A stretch of DNA of 64,000 nucleotides, taken from NCBI GenBank assembly GCA_028826165.1, contig JAPDFW010000087.1, positions 257,526 through 321,525 on the forward strand. The letters run 5' to 3'. Below the pieces are notes generated by a model. The model was not told the origin of the DNA and did no database searches. It saw only the letters and a program-made list of their open reading frames with translations. Source of the stretch: Anaeramoeba ignava BMAN. Its lineage: Eukaryota > Protista > Anaeramoebae. Below, piece after piece: positions 12,780 through 24,911 of the stretch (within the stretch, counting starts at the first letter, position 1; every line of letters starts with the position of its first letter). Both the position numbers and the translations under genes were made by a program.

Positions 12780-15700
12780 TCATTTCTTAGTAAGCCCTCT
12801 TGTTTCAGCTAATTTATGCCTTCTTTTTACAGCATTAATCAATGAAATAATTGATTGAACCCATTTCTCTTTAATTTCTGAACTTTCTGCATTAAATGTA
12901 ACTTTGATATCTTGAATCTCTTGAGTTTTCCTAATTTTTCTACTTTTTTGAATATCTTGAATATCATTCTCAAGAACATCATCTTCAAGAACATTTTTTT
13001 TATTAAGAACACAAAACAAATTGAAATATCTCTGGCTCTCTTTATTATTTTCCTTTTCTTGATCTTTTTTTGATGTTGATAATTTGGAAAATTCTTGCAC
13101 ATTTTGGTTTTGAACTTGAAAAGAGGTCTCATCATTGAATAAATTAATCAATTTAGTTTTAAAATTAATGGCAATTTTTGATTTAAAATGCAAAATATCA
13201 TCTTGTCTTTTTGCATTTTTTTTAAACAAATTTGCCCTATTTCTTTTGACTTTGGAGATGATTAAAAGATCATTAAAAAGAATACAATAGCGTTTTTTGA
13301 TAGTGATTTTGGAGTGTTTTTTATGAACTTGATTAATGACAGTCATATCATCAACATTATTGCCTTCAAAAACAAGAAGATCACCATCCAAAATGAATCT
13401 TCGAGCCGGCGAACTTGCCAGACTGAATTTTTTATTCTTGAGAATACGGTTGAAACGCAGCACTTTTTCAATGTTTTCAGAATCCCTTTTGCGTTCGTTA
13501 ATATAAGTTGCTATTTCTTGTGTTTTTTGCAAAGCGTGATAAAGATTGTTATAATCGGGATGATTTTCTGGTGTATTTTCAACCAACTCACGCAAAAGTA
13601 GTGAATATCGCGGAATTCTTTGAATTGGCGTGATAAGCAGACTTTCTAGTGAAAGATTGCGGATTTCAGACTTTGTTTTTGCTTCTTCTAAAAACTTTAC
13701 GAATTTCATGTTTTTTCCTTTTAGTTCATGAAGTGTAACTATTGATTGATTGTAATTGTTTATATATTGAGTGTAAATTTTGAAAAAAGGTGTCAATTCA
13801 AGGAAAATATCCCCGATTTTTTGCTCAAAATTCCACGGTTTTGGATGGAATCTTTCACGCAATTTGTTCAGAATATTCTCGTTGACAACAAGTATATTTT
13901 CAATATCAGAAAATATTATCTTGATTTTAGCTTCTTGAATTAATTGAGTTTTTCTTAATGGATATAAATAGTGATTTCTTGCGCATTTTAGCATTTCCAC
14001 ATATGCTATTTCTGTATCAAGAATTTCTTGTGAAATGTTCATTCTTTTCTTGATTATCTTTGTTTTTTTTCTTTGAAGAAACCCTCTTAAACTAGATTGA
14101 ATTTTAATTGCGTTTTCTCTTCTGACATCTTCTGTTAATTTCTTATTCAAATCTTCGTTATTTAATACTTTTGTTGAAAGTAATTCCTTTAAAAGTTGAT
14201 TTTCTTTTTCCGTTGTGATTTTTGCTCTTCTTGATTGATCATAAATTTCCTCAACTTTTTGATTTAGATCTTGATAGTTTATTTTGTATTCTTCCATTTC
14301 TTTTTTTGTTTTTTGTAATTCTGTTGTTTTGTTCCATATTTCTTTTGAAATGATTTTTTGCATTTCATTTTTGACTAAATCTTGTTGATTTTTTGGAATA
14401 AAATTCTCAAGAATAAGTGTTATTTTTTCTTCGTTACTAAGATTCTCTTTAATTGGGAAAATTTTTTTGAATTTTTGTTTTGGTTTTTTGTTTGTTTTGT
14501 CATCAAAGTTTGCAAATTCTTTAGCAAAGTCTATTTGGTTTTGATTTTGATTTTGATTTTCATTTTTAATTTGATTTTCATTTTGATTTTTATTTTGATT
14601 TTCATTTTGATTTTGATTTTGATTTTGATTTTCATTTTGATTTTTAATTTGATTTTCATTTTTAATTTGATTTTCATTTTGATTTTCAATTTGATTTTGA
14701 TTTTCAATTTTAATTTCATTTTGATTTTCATTTTGATTTTCATTTTGATTTTCAATTATATTTGTAAATCCATTTATCATTGATAAATTTTGTTGTTTTT
14801 TATTCTGAAGTTCTCTTTGCCAAGGTGCAAGATTATCAGGAACAATAGATAAAATTGAATTACTTCTTTTGCGCATTTTTAAAGGTGAAATATTACTATC
14901 TTTAGATGAACGTTCCAAATTATTTTTAACTAAATCACCAAATGATATTTTATTTTCTTTCATTTGAGCGATTGTATCACTTAATATTTTGATTTCCTTT
15001 TCTTTTTCACTAACACTTTGTGAAAGTAAACTGTTTTGTGAATTCAAATAATTAAACTTTTGATTTATTTCTTGTGATTGAAGCCTGAGTAACCGATTCT
15101 CTTTTGTTAATTGTCTAATCGTTTTGACATCTTGTGATTTTGTTTTTAATTGTTGTTTCAACTTCTCATTCTCAATTTTAATTTGATTTACTTCTTTTTC
15201 TACCATTTCTTTTTCTTTTTCTAAATTTCCTATTTTTTCATTCAAATTTTTGTTTTGTGAATTAAGATGTTTAATTTCTGATTCATTTTCTTTGATCGAA
15301 TTTTCTAATTTTTCCGTTCTTTTGTTTTTTGTTTTGAAATTTTCTTTTAATTTTTTATATTTTTGATGTTTGTTTTGAAGTTTTTGGATTTGTGATAAAT
15401 ATTTTTGTTTTTGGGTTTCCATTTCATTTTGAATTTTTTCTAAATTTTTTTGATTTTCAATTTCTTTTTCTTTTAGGATTTGAATTTGGGTTTGAATTTC
15501 TTTTTGAATTTGATTTTCATTTTTGATTTGGTTTTGAATTTGGCTTTGAATTTCATTTTGATTTTGAATTTCAGTTTTGATTTCATTTTTAATTTGAATT
15601 TCACTTTCAATTTCGTTTTGAATTTCATTTTGAATTTCATTTTTGATTTCATTTTGATTTTCAATTTGATTTTTATTTTTATTTTGATTTTCAATTTTAT

Positions 15701-16727
15701 CCAAATTTTGAATTTCATTTTGAATTTTGGTTTCAATTTCCATATGATTATGATTTTGATTTTGATTTTGATTTTGATTTTGATTTTGTTCTTGCTTTAG
15801 ATTTTCAATAGTATTCGAAAGAACTAAAATTTCTTTTAACTTATCTTTAATAACATTTGTTAAATAAGTAATTTTAAATTCCAATTTTTGACTATGATAT
15901 TGAGAACTAATTAGTTCTTTTTCAAGATTTTGAATCTTTTTTTCCATTTCTTGATTAATTTTTATAAAATCAGAGGTATTAATTTCTTTTTTCTTTGTTT
16001 TTTTATGAACAATTTTTTTCTGTTCATTTTCTTGATTAATTTTATGATTTTTTTGAATAATTTTATGTTGATTTTTATTTTGATTTTGATTTTCATTTTT
16101 TTGATTTGGATTTTTTTGATTTGGGTTTTGAGAACTTTTTTTTACAAGTTTTTTATATTTAGGTTTGTATTTATTCGTATTTACATTTTGATTACTTTGA
16201 ACAACTTTTTTGATTTTTTTTACAGGATGTTTTGAAATTTCATTTGATTTAGAAATTTCATTTGATCTAGAAATTTCATTTGATTTTGAAACAACTTTTT
16301 CTTCTTTAGAAATTATTTTTGCTTTTTTTTTAACATTTTGTTTCTTATTTGCTATATTTTTTTTGCCAAGCGAAATTATTTTTTTCTTCCCAAAAAGAAT
16401 TTCTTGTGTTTCTTTTGGTTTTTGTTTTGGAATAATTTTTGGAAGTTGAGATTTATAAGTTATTTTGCTTGGCGAACGTGATCTTATTTTGTTTGAAGGA
16501 AGAAAAGATTTTTTTTGCATTTGATTTAATGATTTTTTTAATTTCACTTGTTTTTTTGTTTCTTTTGTTTTTTTGGGAATTGTTTTTTGTGTATTTTGTT
16601 GTGGAATGTTATTTTGTATGTTTTCTGTAAATGTCTGTTGTATAAAATCAAGTCTTTTTCTTTGCTTTTCAATTGTTTCCATAAGTGAAATGAGTTTTTC
16701 TGAATTACTTGTTAAAACTGTGCTCAT
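12780..16727 (-). CDS. RhoGEF: coiled coil + IQ motif + DH + PH domains
   Basis: 1315-aa ORF. IQ motif (IKIQSSLRGFLQRKK). DH motifs (EILDTEIAYVEML, IFSDIENI, IGDIFL, LESLLITPIQRIPRYSLLLRELVENTP). PH-like region (RRFILDGDL...CILFNDLLII...AESSEIKEKWVQSI). Confidence 0.92.
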   Translation of the reverse strand: MSTVLTSNSEKLISLMETIEKQRKRLDFIQQTFTENIQNNIPQQNTQKTIPKKTKETKKQVKLKKSLNQMQKKSFLPSNKIRSRSPSKITYKSQLPKIIPKQKPKETQEILFGKKKIISLGKKNIANKKQNVKKKAKIISKEEKVVSKSNEISRSNEISKSNEISKHPVKKIKKVVQSNQNVNTNKYKPKYKKLVKKSSQNPNQKNPNQKNENQNQNKNQHKIIQKNHKINQENEQKKIVHKKTKKKEINTSDFIKINQEMEKKIQNLEKELISSQYHSQKLEFKITYLTNVIKDKLKEILVLSNTIENLKQEQNQNQNQNQNQNHNHMEIETKIQNEIQNLDKIENQNKNKNQIENQNEIKNEIQNEIQNEIESEIQIKNEIKTEIQNQNEIQSQIQNQIKNENQIQKEIQTQIQILKEKEIENQKNLEKIQNEMETQKQKYLSQIQKLQNKHQKYKKLKENFKTKNKRTEKLENSIKENESEIKHLNSQNKNLNEKIGNLEKEKEMVEKEVNQIKIENEKLKQQLKTKSQDVKTIRQLTKENRLLRLQSQEINQKFNYLNSQNSLLSQSVSEKEKEIKILSDTIAQMKENKISFGDLVKNNLERSSKDSNISPLKMRKRSNSILSIVPDNLAPWQRELQNKKQQNLSMINGFTNIIENQNENQNENQNEIKIENQNQIENQNENQIKNENQIKNQNENQNQNQNQNENQNKNQNENQIKNENQNQNQNQIDFAKEFANFDDKTNKKPKQKFKKIFPIKENLSNEEKITLILENFIPKNQQDLVKNEMQKIISKEIWNKTTELQKTKKEMEEYKINYQDLNQKVEEIYDQSRRAKITTEKENQLLKELLSTKVLNNEDLNKKLTEDVRRENAIKIQSSLRGFLQRKKTKIIKKRMNISQEILDTEIAYVEMLKCARNHYLYPLRKTQLIQEAKIKIIFSDIENILVVNENILNKLRERFHPKPWNFEQKIGDIFLELTPFFKIYTQYINNYNQSIVTLHELKGKNMKFVKFLEEAKTKSEIRNLSLESLLITPIQRIPRYSLLLRELVENTPENHPDYNNLYHALQKTQEIATYINERKRDSENIEKVLRFNRILKNKKFSLASSPARRFILDGDLLVFEGNNVDDMTVINQVHKKHSKITIKKRYCILFNDLLIISKVKRNRANLFKKNAKRQDDILHFKSKIAINFKTKLINLFNDETSFQVQNQNVQEFSKLSTSKKDQEKENNKESQRYFNLFCVLNKKNVLEDDVLENDIQDIQKSRKIRKTQEIQDIKVTFNAESSEIKEKWVQSIISLINAVKRRHKLAETRGLTKK

Positions 16728-17151
16728 TTTTTTTTTTTTAAAGAATTAATTTGCGAAAATATAACAAAAAAACCAACAAGAAAAGTAAAATTAGCAAAAT
16801 GAAAAAAATGATTTTAGTTTTTTTACAAGCAAAAAAAAAAAGGAGAAAAAAATGTTTTAATTTCCTAAATTATTATTAAAAAGATTAAAAAAAAAATAAA
16901 AAGGAAAAATTTCAAAATTAAATTTTTTTTTCTCTTTTTTTTTGATTAATTAATTAATTAAGGAAAATTTTTAAAAAGAAAAAGAGAAATTTTAAATTAA
17001 GTTGTTTTTGTTTCTATTGAAATTAAAGGAAAGAATAGACCTAAAAAATTAAATAAAAAATTTAAATAAAAAATTTAAATAAAAAAAATTAATTAAAAAA
17101 AGTGGAACAAAATATTTTACAAAGATAGTCAAAATTGAAATGAGATAATTA

Positions 17152-19734
17152 TTAGATGGCCTTATAAGTTTGATTTCTTTTATCTTTTTTAAAACGATGA
17201 AAGAACCAACCACCGATAAAAGTAGCAGCGCCAACCAAACTAACAGATAAGAAAACATAACCGCCTTTCAAACCAGAACTTGATGAAGTAGGAATTGGTG
17301 TTTCTGTTGGACATGGTGAAATTGTGGGACATGGAGGCCATGTATAGCATGGTGTTGGTGTTGGTGGAAATGGATCAAAATAACATCCATATTGACTTAC
17401 GAATGTAACTTCCGTTATTGGGGGAGTTGCTGAAATATCCTCATTAATTTCAACAATTTCACCTTAAATATTAAATAAATTAAATAATAAATAAATTAAA
17501 TATTAAATAAATATTAAATGAATATTAAATATTAAATAAATATTAAATAAATATTAAATAAATATTAAATAAATATTAAATAAATATTAAATATTAAATA
17601 AATATTAAATAATAAATAAATTAAATATTAAATAAATATTAAATAAATATTAAATAAATATTAAATAAATATTAAATAAATATTAAATCAATATTAAATC
17701 AATATTAAATAAATATTAAATAAATATTAAATAAATATTAAATAAATATTAAATCAATATTAAATCAATATTAAATGAATATTAAAAATTATATATTAAA
17801 TATTAAATAAATTTTAAATATTATATATTAAATATTAAATATTAAATATTAAATAAATATTAATTTTTTCCTACCAATTCCTGAATCTGGATCACAAATA
17901 AAATCATATCTTAAATTGTGTGATGTTTGATTTTGTGGATCTATAAATTGATATTCAAGTGAAATTCCATCATTAATATCTGTAGAACCTGTTAAATACA
18001 TATAAGAAGAATGATTTAAATCGCCAAGTTGATGACAAAATCCAAAGAGATCTAAACGCCAACCAGGAGAAGTATTTGGTATACAACACTAATTATAATT
18101 ATTATTTTACAAATTAAATCAAATTAAATCAAATCAAATCAAATTAAATTAAATTAAATTAAATTAAATTAAATCAAATCAAATTAAATTAAATTAAATT
18201 AAATCAAATTAAATCAAATATTTAAATTAAATTAAATTAAATATTCAAATTAAATCAAATTAAATATTTAAATTAAATTAAATCAAATTAAATATTTAAA
18301 ATTAAATCAAAATAATAATAAATTAAATAAAATTAAATATTTAAATTAAATCAAATTAAATATTTAAATTAAATCAAATTAAATATTTAAATTAAATCAA
18401 ATTAAATATTTAAATTAAATCAAATTAAATATTTAAATTAAATTAAATCAAATTAAATTAAATTAAATTAAATTAAATCAAATCAAATCAAATCAAATTA
18501 AATTAAATCAAATTAAATTAAATTAAATCAAATTAAACCAAATCAAATTAAATTAAATTAAATTAAATTAAATTAAATCAAATTAAATATTTAAATCAAA
18601 TTACAGGACAAGATGGATCTTCATCATAATTTTGGCAAATAGTTAAGAAATAAGTATCGTTTTGAATATAATTATAATAATAATATTCGCTTTTCAATTT
18701 TGTAAGATCGAAAAATTCATTTCCGAAAATTGTTTTGCATAAAGTTGGATCAGGTGTTGGACTTGGTTCTGGTGATGGAGTTGGTTCTAAACAAGAAAGG
18801 TATGTTGCAACATTTATTTGAATATAAGGTGGTGTACTCTCAAGATATTCAAATGCTGATATTATTTCAAATGTTTCTTTTTCATTGCAAAACATGTTAT
18901 ATTGCATAGAACGAATTACATTTTGTGATCCATCTAATATTTCATAAGTAAGATTCACTCCAACTGAAACTACATCTGGATCTAATAAATTCAAATCATT
19001 TTAAATTTTAATTTTTGATTTTTGATTTTTGAATTAAATATTAAATTGAATTGAATATTAAATTAAATTGAATATTGAATTGAATATTAAATTGGATATT
19101 GAATTAAATATTAAATTGAATATTGAATTGAATTGAATATTAAATTGAATATTGAATTGAATATTGAATTGAATATTAAATTGAATATTGAATTGAATAT
19201 TGAATTGAATATTAAATTGAATTAAATTGAATATTGAATTGAATATTAAATTAAATTGAATATTAAATTGAATTAAATTGAATATTAAATTGAATTAAAT
19301 TGAATATTAAATTAAATATTAAATTGATTTTTGAATTGAATTAAATTGAATTAAATATTGAATTAAATTAAATTGAATTGAATATTAAATTAAATATTGA
19401 ATTTTTAATTGAAAATACCAATGTGATTCCAAATTTCACTGTTTGAAAAAGATCCCCAATTAACACAATCAGTTTGATTATAAGTAATTCCTGTAAAATT
19501 ATTTGAAGTATTACAACAAGAACATTGATTTGGGGAAATTGAACCTAATGGACCACAAAGATTTATAAAATAACGAATTTGTTCATCAAGATCATAATAT
19601 TGATAATTTGAACCAATTTTTTGTGCTGTAGTAAAATTATAAGTATGTGTAGAGGTTTGCCAAACACAAACTTCAGCAGAAGATAAATGAATAAAAGAAA
19701 AAAGAAAAAAGAAAAAGAAAAAATTTTTATTCAT
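17152..19734 (-). CDS. Type I membrane protein with two MRH (mannose-6-phosphate receptor homology, ATG27-like) domains, 4 exons
   Basis: Exons 19734-19419, 18981-18605, 18088-17875 and 17462-17152 (GT-AG, in frame). Signal peptide; two Cys-patterned domains (YNFT..YFINLCG, FDLT..YFLTICQ, ..YDFICDP) separated by P/T linkers; a TM helix; cytosolic tail ending YKAI* (YxxPhi). Confidence 0.8.
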
Positions 19735-19789
19735 TTTTGAAAAATGAAAAATGAAAAATGAAAAATGAAAAATTAAAAATGAAAAATTA

Positions 19790-20625
19790 AATCAATTTCC
19801 AAATTAAATTCAAAATCAATTTCAAAATCAAATATTTAAATCAATTTCCAAATAAATTTCCAAATAAATTTCCAAATCAATTTCAAAATAAATTTCAAAA
19901 TCAATTTCAAAATCAATTTCAAAATCAATTTCTAAATCAATTTCAAAATCAATTTCCAAATCAATTTCCAAAATCAATTTCCAAATCAATTTCAAAATCA
20001 AATATTTAAATCAATTTCCAAATCAATTTCCAAATCAATTTCAAAATCAATTTCAAAATCAATTTCCAAATCAATTTCCAAATCAATTTCAAAATCAATT
20101 TCAAAATCAATTTCAAAATCAAATATTTAAATCAATTTCAAAATCAATTTCCAAAATCAATTTCAAAATCAATTTCCAAAATCAATTTCAAAATCAATTT
20201 CCAAATCAATTTCAAAATCAATTTCCAAATCAATTTCCAAATCAATTTCAAAATCAAATATTTAAATCAATTTCAAAATCAATTTCCAAATCAATTTCAA
20301 AATCAATTTCAAAATCAAATATTTAAATCAATTTCAAAATCAATTTCCAAATCAATTTCAAAATCAATTTCAAAATCAATTTCAAAATCAATTTCAAAAT
20401 CAATTTCAAAATAAATTTCAAAATCAATTTCAAAATCAATTTCCTAAACCAATTTCCAAATCAATTTCCAAATCAATCTCCAAATCAATTTCAAAATCAA
20501 ATATTTAAATCAATTTCAAAATCAATTTCCAAATCAATTTCAAAATCAATTTCAAAATCAAATATTTAAATCAATTTCAAAATCAAAATCAATTTCCAAA
20601 TTAATTTCAAAATCAATTTCAAAAT
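19790..20625. repeat. 12-bp minisatellite (AAATCAATTTCC/A) between divergent genes
   Basis: Visible array with no G on the + strand. Confidence 0.95.
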
Positions 20626-20749
20626 TAAAATAACAAAAAAATTTAAATAAAAAGTGGAATTTTATTTATTTTTCCTTTTTTATTTTTTCATTTTTCATTT
20701 TTCATTTTTCATTTTTCCTTTTTTCATTTTTCATTTTTGTTCTAAAATT

Positions 20750-23700
20750 ATGAATCGACACAACAGAAGAGGTTTTAAAAATTCACCAAATCGTAAATTC
20801 CGAAACCAAAAGCCGTTTCACAAAGGAAGAAAACAAAGAGATCATTTCAAAAAAATTACAGGAGAAGTTTATTTAATGGCTTATGCAGTTTCTAACGTTG
20901 TTTCTGATAATGAAGTTCAATTAGAATTTAGAATTCGTAACAAACATTTCCAAACAAAACCTGAAAAATCACATGGTTCTCAAGTTTTATTTCAGGAAGA
21001 ATTTAAACAAGAATCTCACATGTTTCAAAATCCTCAAACTGGATTTTATCGAAGAACACCACTTGAAATCAAACTTTTTGAAGTAACTTTTATTTAAAAA
21101 TTAAATTAAGAATTTTAATTAAAAAATTCAATTAAAAAATTCAATTAAAAATTTAATTAAAAATTCAATTAAAAATTTAATTAAAAATTCAATTAATAAT
21201 TCAATTAATAATTCATTTAATAATTCATTTAAAAATTTAATTAAAAATTCAATTAAAAATTTAATTAATAATTAAATTAATAATTCAATTAATAATTCAA
21301 TTAATAATTTAATTAAAAATTCATTTAATAATTTAATAAATTCATTTTGAATCTCCTTTTTTTTTTAGGTTACAGAACCAGTTTTTAATTCTTATGAAGA
21401 ATATGAAAAGATAAAGAGAATTCAAATTCATAAAAGTAGACCTCGTTTATCATCTGAAGAAATTACTACAAAAATTATGGCAGGTTGGAAAAAAATTCAA
21501 CAAAATGTAATTTTCCGAATTTCCTTTTTTAATTTTAATTTTAATTTTAATTTTAATTTTAATTTTAATTTTAATTTTAATTTTAAATTTAATTTTAATT
21601 TAAATTTTAATTTTAATTTTAATTTTATTTTTAATTTTAATTTTAATTTTAATTTTAATTTTATTTTTAATTTTAATTTTAATTTTAATTTTAATTTTAA
21701 TTTTAATTTTAATTTTAATTTTAATTTTAATTTTAATTTTAATTTTAATTTTGATTTTTAATTTTAATTTTAATTTTAATTTTAATTTTAATTTTAAATT
21801 TTTAAATTAATTTTAATTTTAATTTAGAAAAAGCCAGCAAAACCAAAACGGAAATTCATTTCAAATGCGAAAATAGAAATTGGGAATATTTTCACATACC
21901 AAAAAGCATTACCAATAGTTGTTAAATTGAAAACGAAAAAACTATTACAACAATCACTTTTTATATTTATTCGAGGATATCCATCAACTTCTTTACCATT
22001 AAGAGAAGATTGGCTTTCAAACGAAATTAGAAGTAGTTTATCGAATTTGAATACAAAAATATTTTCAGAAGGTTCAATTAATGAATCCAATTTAGAAGAC
22101 AAGAACGAAAGTGATAGTGATTCTGATGATAGCGATGATAATGATGATGATGGTGACTCTGATAATGATGATGACTCTGGTAATGATGGTAATGATAATG
22201 GTAATGATAATAGTAATGATAATAGTAATGATAATAGTAATGATAATCAAAGTATTGAATCAAAATTCACCGTTAAACATGAACCTGAACCTATTGATAG
22301 TAACTTCAATTTAATTGAAAATCTTGGAAGACCTGAAGTTATTGAATTAAAACATACAAGAAAACCTAAACCACCTAAAGTTAATTTATCTTTCAAAAAA
22401 ACAAATTTCAGATATTTAATTATAAATAATATTTAATTATAATATTTATTTATAATATTTATTTTAATATTTATAATATTTATTTATAATATTTATAATA
22501 TTTATTTAATTATAATATTTATTTATAATATTTATTTATAATATTTATTTTATATATTTATTTATAATATTTATTTAATATTTATAATATTTATTTATAA
22601 TATTTATTTATAATATTTATTTATAATATTTATAATATTTATAATATTTATTTATAATATTTATTTTATAATATTTATTTATTTATAATATTTATAATAT
22701 TTATTTATTTATAATATTTATTTATATTTATTTTATTTATAATATTTATTTATAATATTTAATTTATAATATTTATTTATATATTTATTTATAATATTTA
22801 TTTATTTATAATATTTATAATATTATTTATAATATTTATAATATATTTATTTTGTTTTAATATTTATTTATAATATTTATAATATTTATTTATAATATTT
22901 ATAATATTTATAATTTTTTATAATATTTTATTTATAATATTTATTTATAATATTTTATTTATATTATTAATAATTTATAATATTTATTATATTTATAATA
23001 TTTATTTATAATATTTATTTAATATTTATAATATTTATTTATAATATTTATTTTTAATATTTTTTATAATTTATTTTAATATTTATTTATAATGTTATTT
23101 ATTTATTTGTTTATATTTTTTTTTATAATATTTTTAATATTTTATTATAATATTTATTTATAATATTTATTTATAATATTTATTTATAATATTTATTTAT
23201 AATATTTATAATATTTATTTATAATAATATTTATTTATAATATTTATTTATAATATTTATTATTTTATTTATAATATTTATTTTAATATTTTATAATATT
23301 TATTTATTTATAATAATTTTTTAATTATTATTTATATTAATTTTTATAATATTTTATATTTATTTTTTATATATTTATTTATAATATTTATATAATATTT
23401 ATAATATTTATTTTATTTATTTTTTATAATATTTAATATTTATTTAATATTTATTTATTTATTTATTATAATATTATAAATTTTATAATATTTATTTTTT
23501 ATTACATTTATATTTTATTTATTTTATAATTTTATTTTATAATTTTATTTTATATTTAATTTTTGTTTATAATATTTTATTTATAATATTTATTTATAAT
23601 AAATATTTATTTATAATATTTATTTTATAATATTTATAATTATTTATAATATTTATTTATAATATTTATTTATAATATTTAATTATAATATTTATAATAA

Positions 23701-24230
23701 TTATTTATAATAATTATATAATATATTTATAATTTTTAATTTTATAATATTTATTTTATATTATTTTTTATTTTAATATTTATTTATAATATTTATAATA
23801 ATATTTATTATAATATTTATAATATTTTTATATAATATTTATAATATTTATTTATAATATTTAATTATAATATTTATTATATTTATTTATATAATATTTA
23901 TAATATTTATTTATAATATTTATTTATAATATTTATTTATAATAATATTTATAATATTTATTTATATAATATTTATTTAATATTTATTAGGATGATCAAG
24001 AAAGAAAATTTTTAGAGAAAATTAAAAAATTAAAATCTCAAAATAGGTCATTAAAGAATAAGGTTTCTGAATTAGAAGAATTACTTTCAAAACAAACACC
24101 AACACAAATACCAACACAAATATCAACACCAACACCAATACCAGACTATTCCGATAAAAATAACACTAATGAAGCAGAAGAAGCTTTACTTCGAGTTGTT
24201 TCTTTAATCAAACAATTTGAAAAAGCTTAA
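20750..24230 (+). CDS. Hypothetical protein, probable NT-type C2 domain + acidic tract + short coiled coil, 4 exons
   Basis: Exons 20750-21082, 21369-21506, 21828-22379 and 23991-24230 join in frame; the third donor is the atypical GTTAAT. The pattern VLFQEEF..FYRRTPLEIKLFE..FISNAKIEIGNI resembles NT-C2 (EEIG1/EHBP1-type) strands, but the domain call is tentative. Confidence 0.65.
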
Positions 24231-24911
24231 TTTCAAAACAAAACAAATTTAATCATTTCAAATTTAATTCTAAATTCAATTTTAAATCTAATTCCTTTAT
24301 TTGGATCTTTATTCAAAACAACTTTTAAATTCATTTCAACATTTTTCCAAAATTTTTCCTTAATTTTTTTTTCCCTTTCAAAAAACAGTTTATTTTTTTT
24401 TTTTTTGATCTCAATTTTCGCAATTTTTTTTTTAATAAAAAAATCCACTTATTTTAATTTAATTTTTGAATTAAATTTTAATTATAAATTAATAAGAAAT
24501 TTAATTTAAACTAAATTATTATTTTTTGATCTAAATTTAATTTAATTTAATTTAATTTAATTTAATTTAATTTAATTTAATTTAATATAAATCTTTTTTT
24601 CTTTTTTCTTTTTCTTTTAATTTAAATAAAAAAAAAAATTCAAAATTACTAAAAAATGACTACATTTTGCCTTCAAAAAAAAAATAAAAAAAATTTGATC
24701 TTTTTTTAATTTTTTTTTTTCTTATTTAAATTTTAAATTAATTTAAATTAAAAAAATAATAAAATTCACTTTTTGTTCTTCTCTTTTAAATTTCTTTTTT
24801 TTTTTTAATTTTTATCATTTTTTTCACTTTTCAAATCCTTTTTAAATTTAAAAAAAATCCCCATTCCAAAAACAAAAAAAAAACAATTTATAATTTAAAT
24901 TATAAATTAAA

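Noticed and set aside
17049-17258. 69-aa ORF as an independent gene
   Set aside because: It is an alternative frame over the last exon and 3' flank of the MRH receptor gene.
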